A DNA stretch of 63,611 bases, filler included, from Octopus bimaculoides (Eukaryota): NCBI RefSeq assembly GCF_001194135.2. It is 6 parts of 6 records of this genome, joined end to end, with 100 filler letters (N's around TTAATTAATTAA, not from the genome) between each part and the next. Parts side by side here need not be neighbours in the genome. Positions count along the whole stretch, not along the records: positions 59,426 to 63,611 come from NC_068998.1; 5 more parts are not named here. One strand, given 5' to 3'. Positions within the stretch are counted from its first letter, which is position 1, and the number at the start of each line of letters is the position of its first letter. The translations under genes were made by a program, and so were the position numbers. The notes under the pieces were generated by a model. That model had not been told where the DNA came from, did not search any database, and worked only from the letters and a program-made list of their open reading frames with translations. This document shows positions 63,578-63,611 of this stretch, piece after piece.

Positions 63578-63611
<34 letters not shown>

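Overview
Eukaryotic, AT-rich draft-scaffold DNA with many N gaps, several closed by a synthetic 100-bp spacer (44N-TTAATTAATTAA-44N). It is dominated by microsatellites, at least five SINE-like families, palindromic MITE-like elements and decayed transposon ORFs: a Tx1/L1-type RT, a restriction-like-endonuclease (R4/Dong-type) LINE 3' end, RTE RT, a Buster/Charlie-type hAT transposase, Tc1, a mariner MITE and possibly pogo. The SINE families and microsatellite density look like an octopus genome; this is recall, not a search result. Almost all ORFs in the supplied track are microsatellite, gap or repeat artefacts. No complete protein-coding gene can be assembled by eye. The best host-gene evidence is an ankyrin-motif exon (+, 43769-43858) and a few well-flanked candidate exons. 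The clearest higher-order signal is a CpG-depleted domain of about 17 kb (~34.6-52.1 kb), documented by a CpG-decayed U6 copy and CpG-decayed SINEs and interrupted by a CpG-retaining segment at ~45-47 kb. It suggests methylated gene body or bodies plus a possible promoter. I found no convincing novel system; the findings are graded leads. Repeat boundaries were read by eye and are approximate unless TSDs or TIRs are cited.
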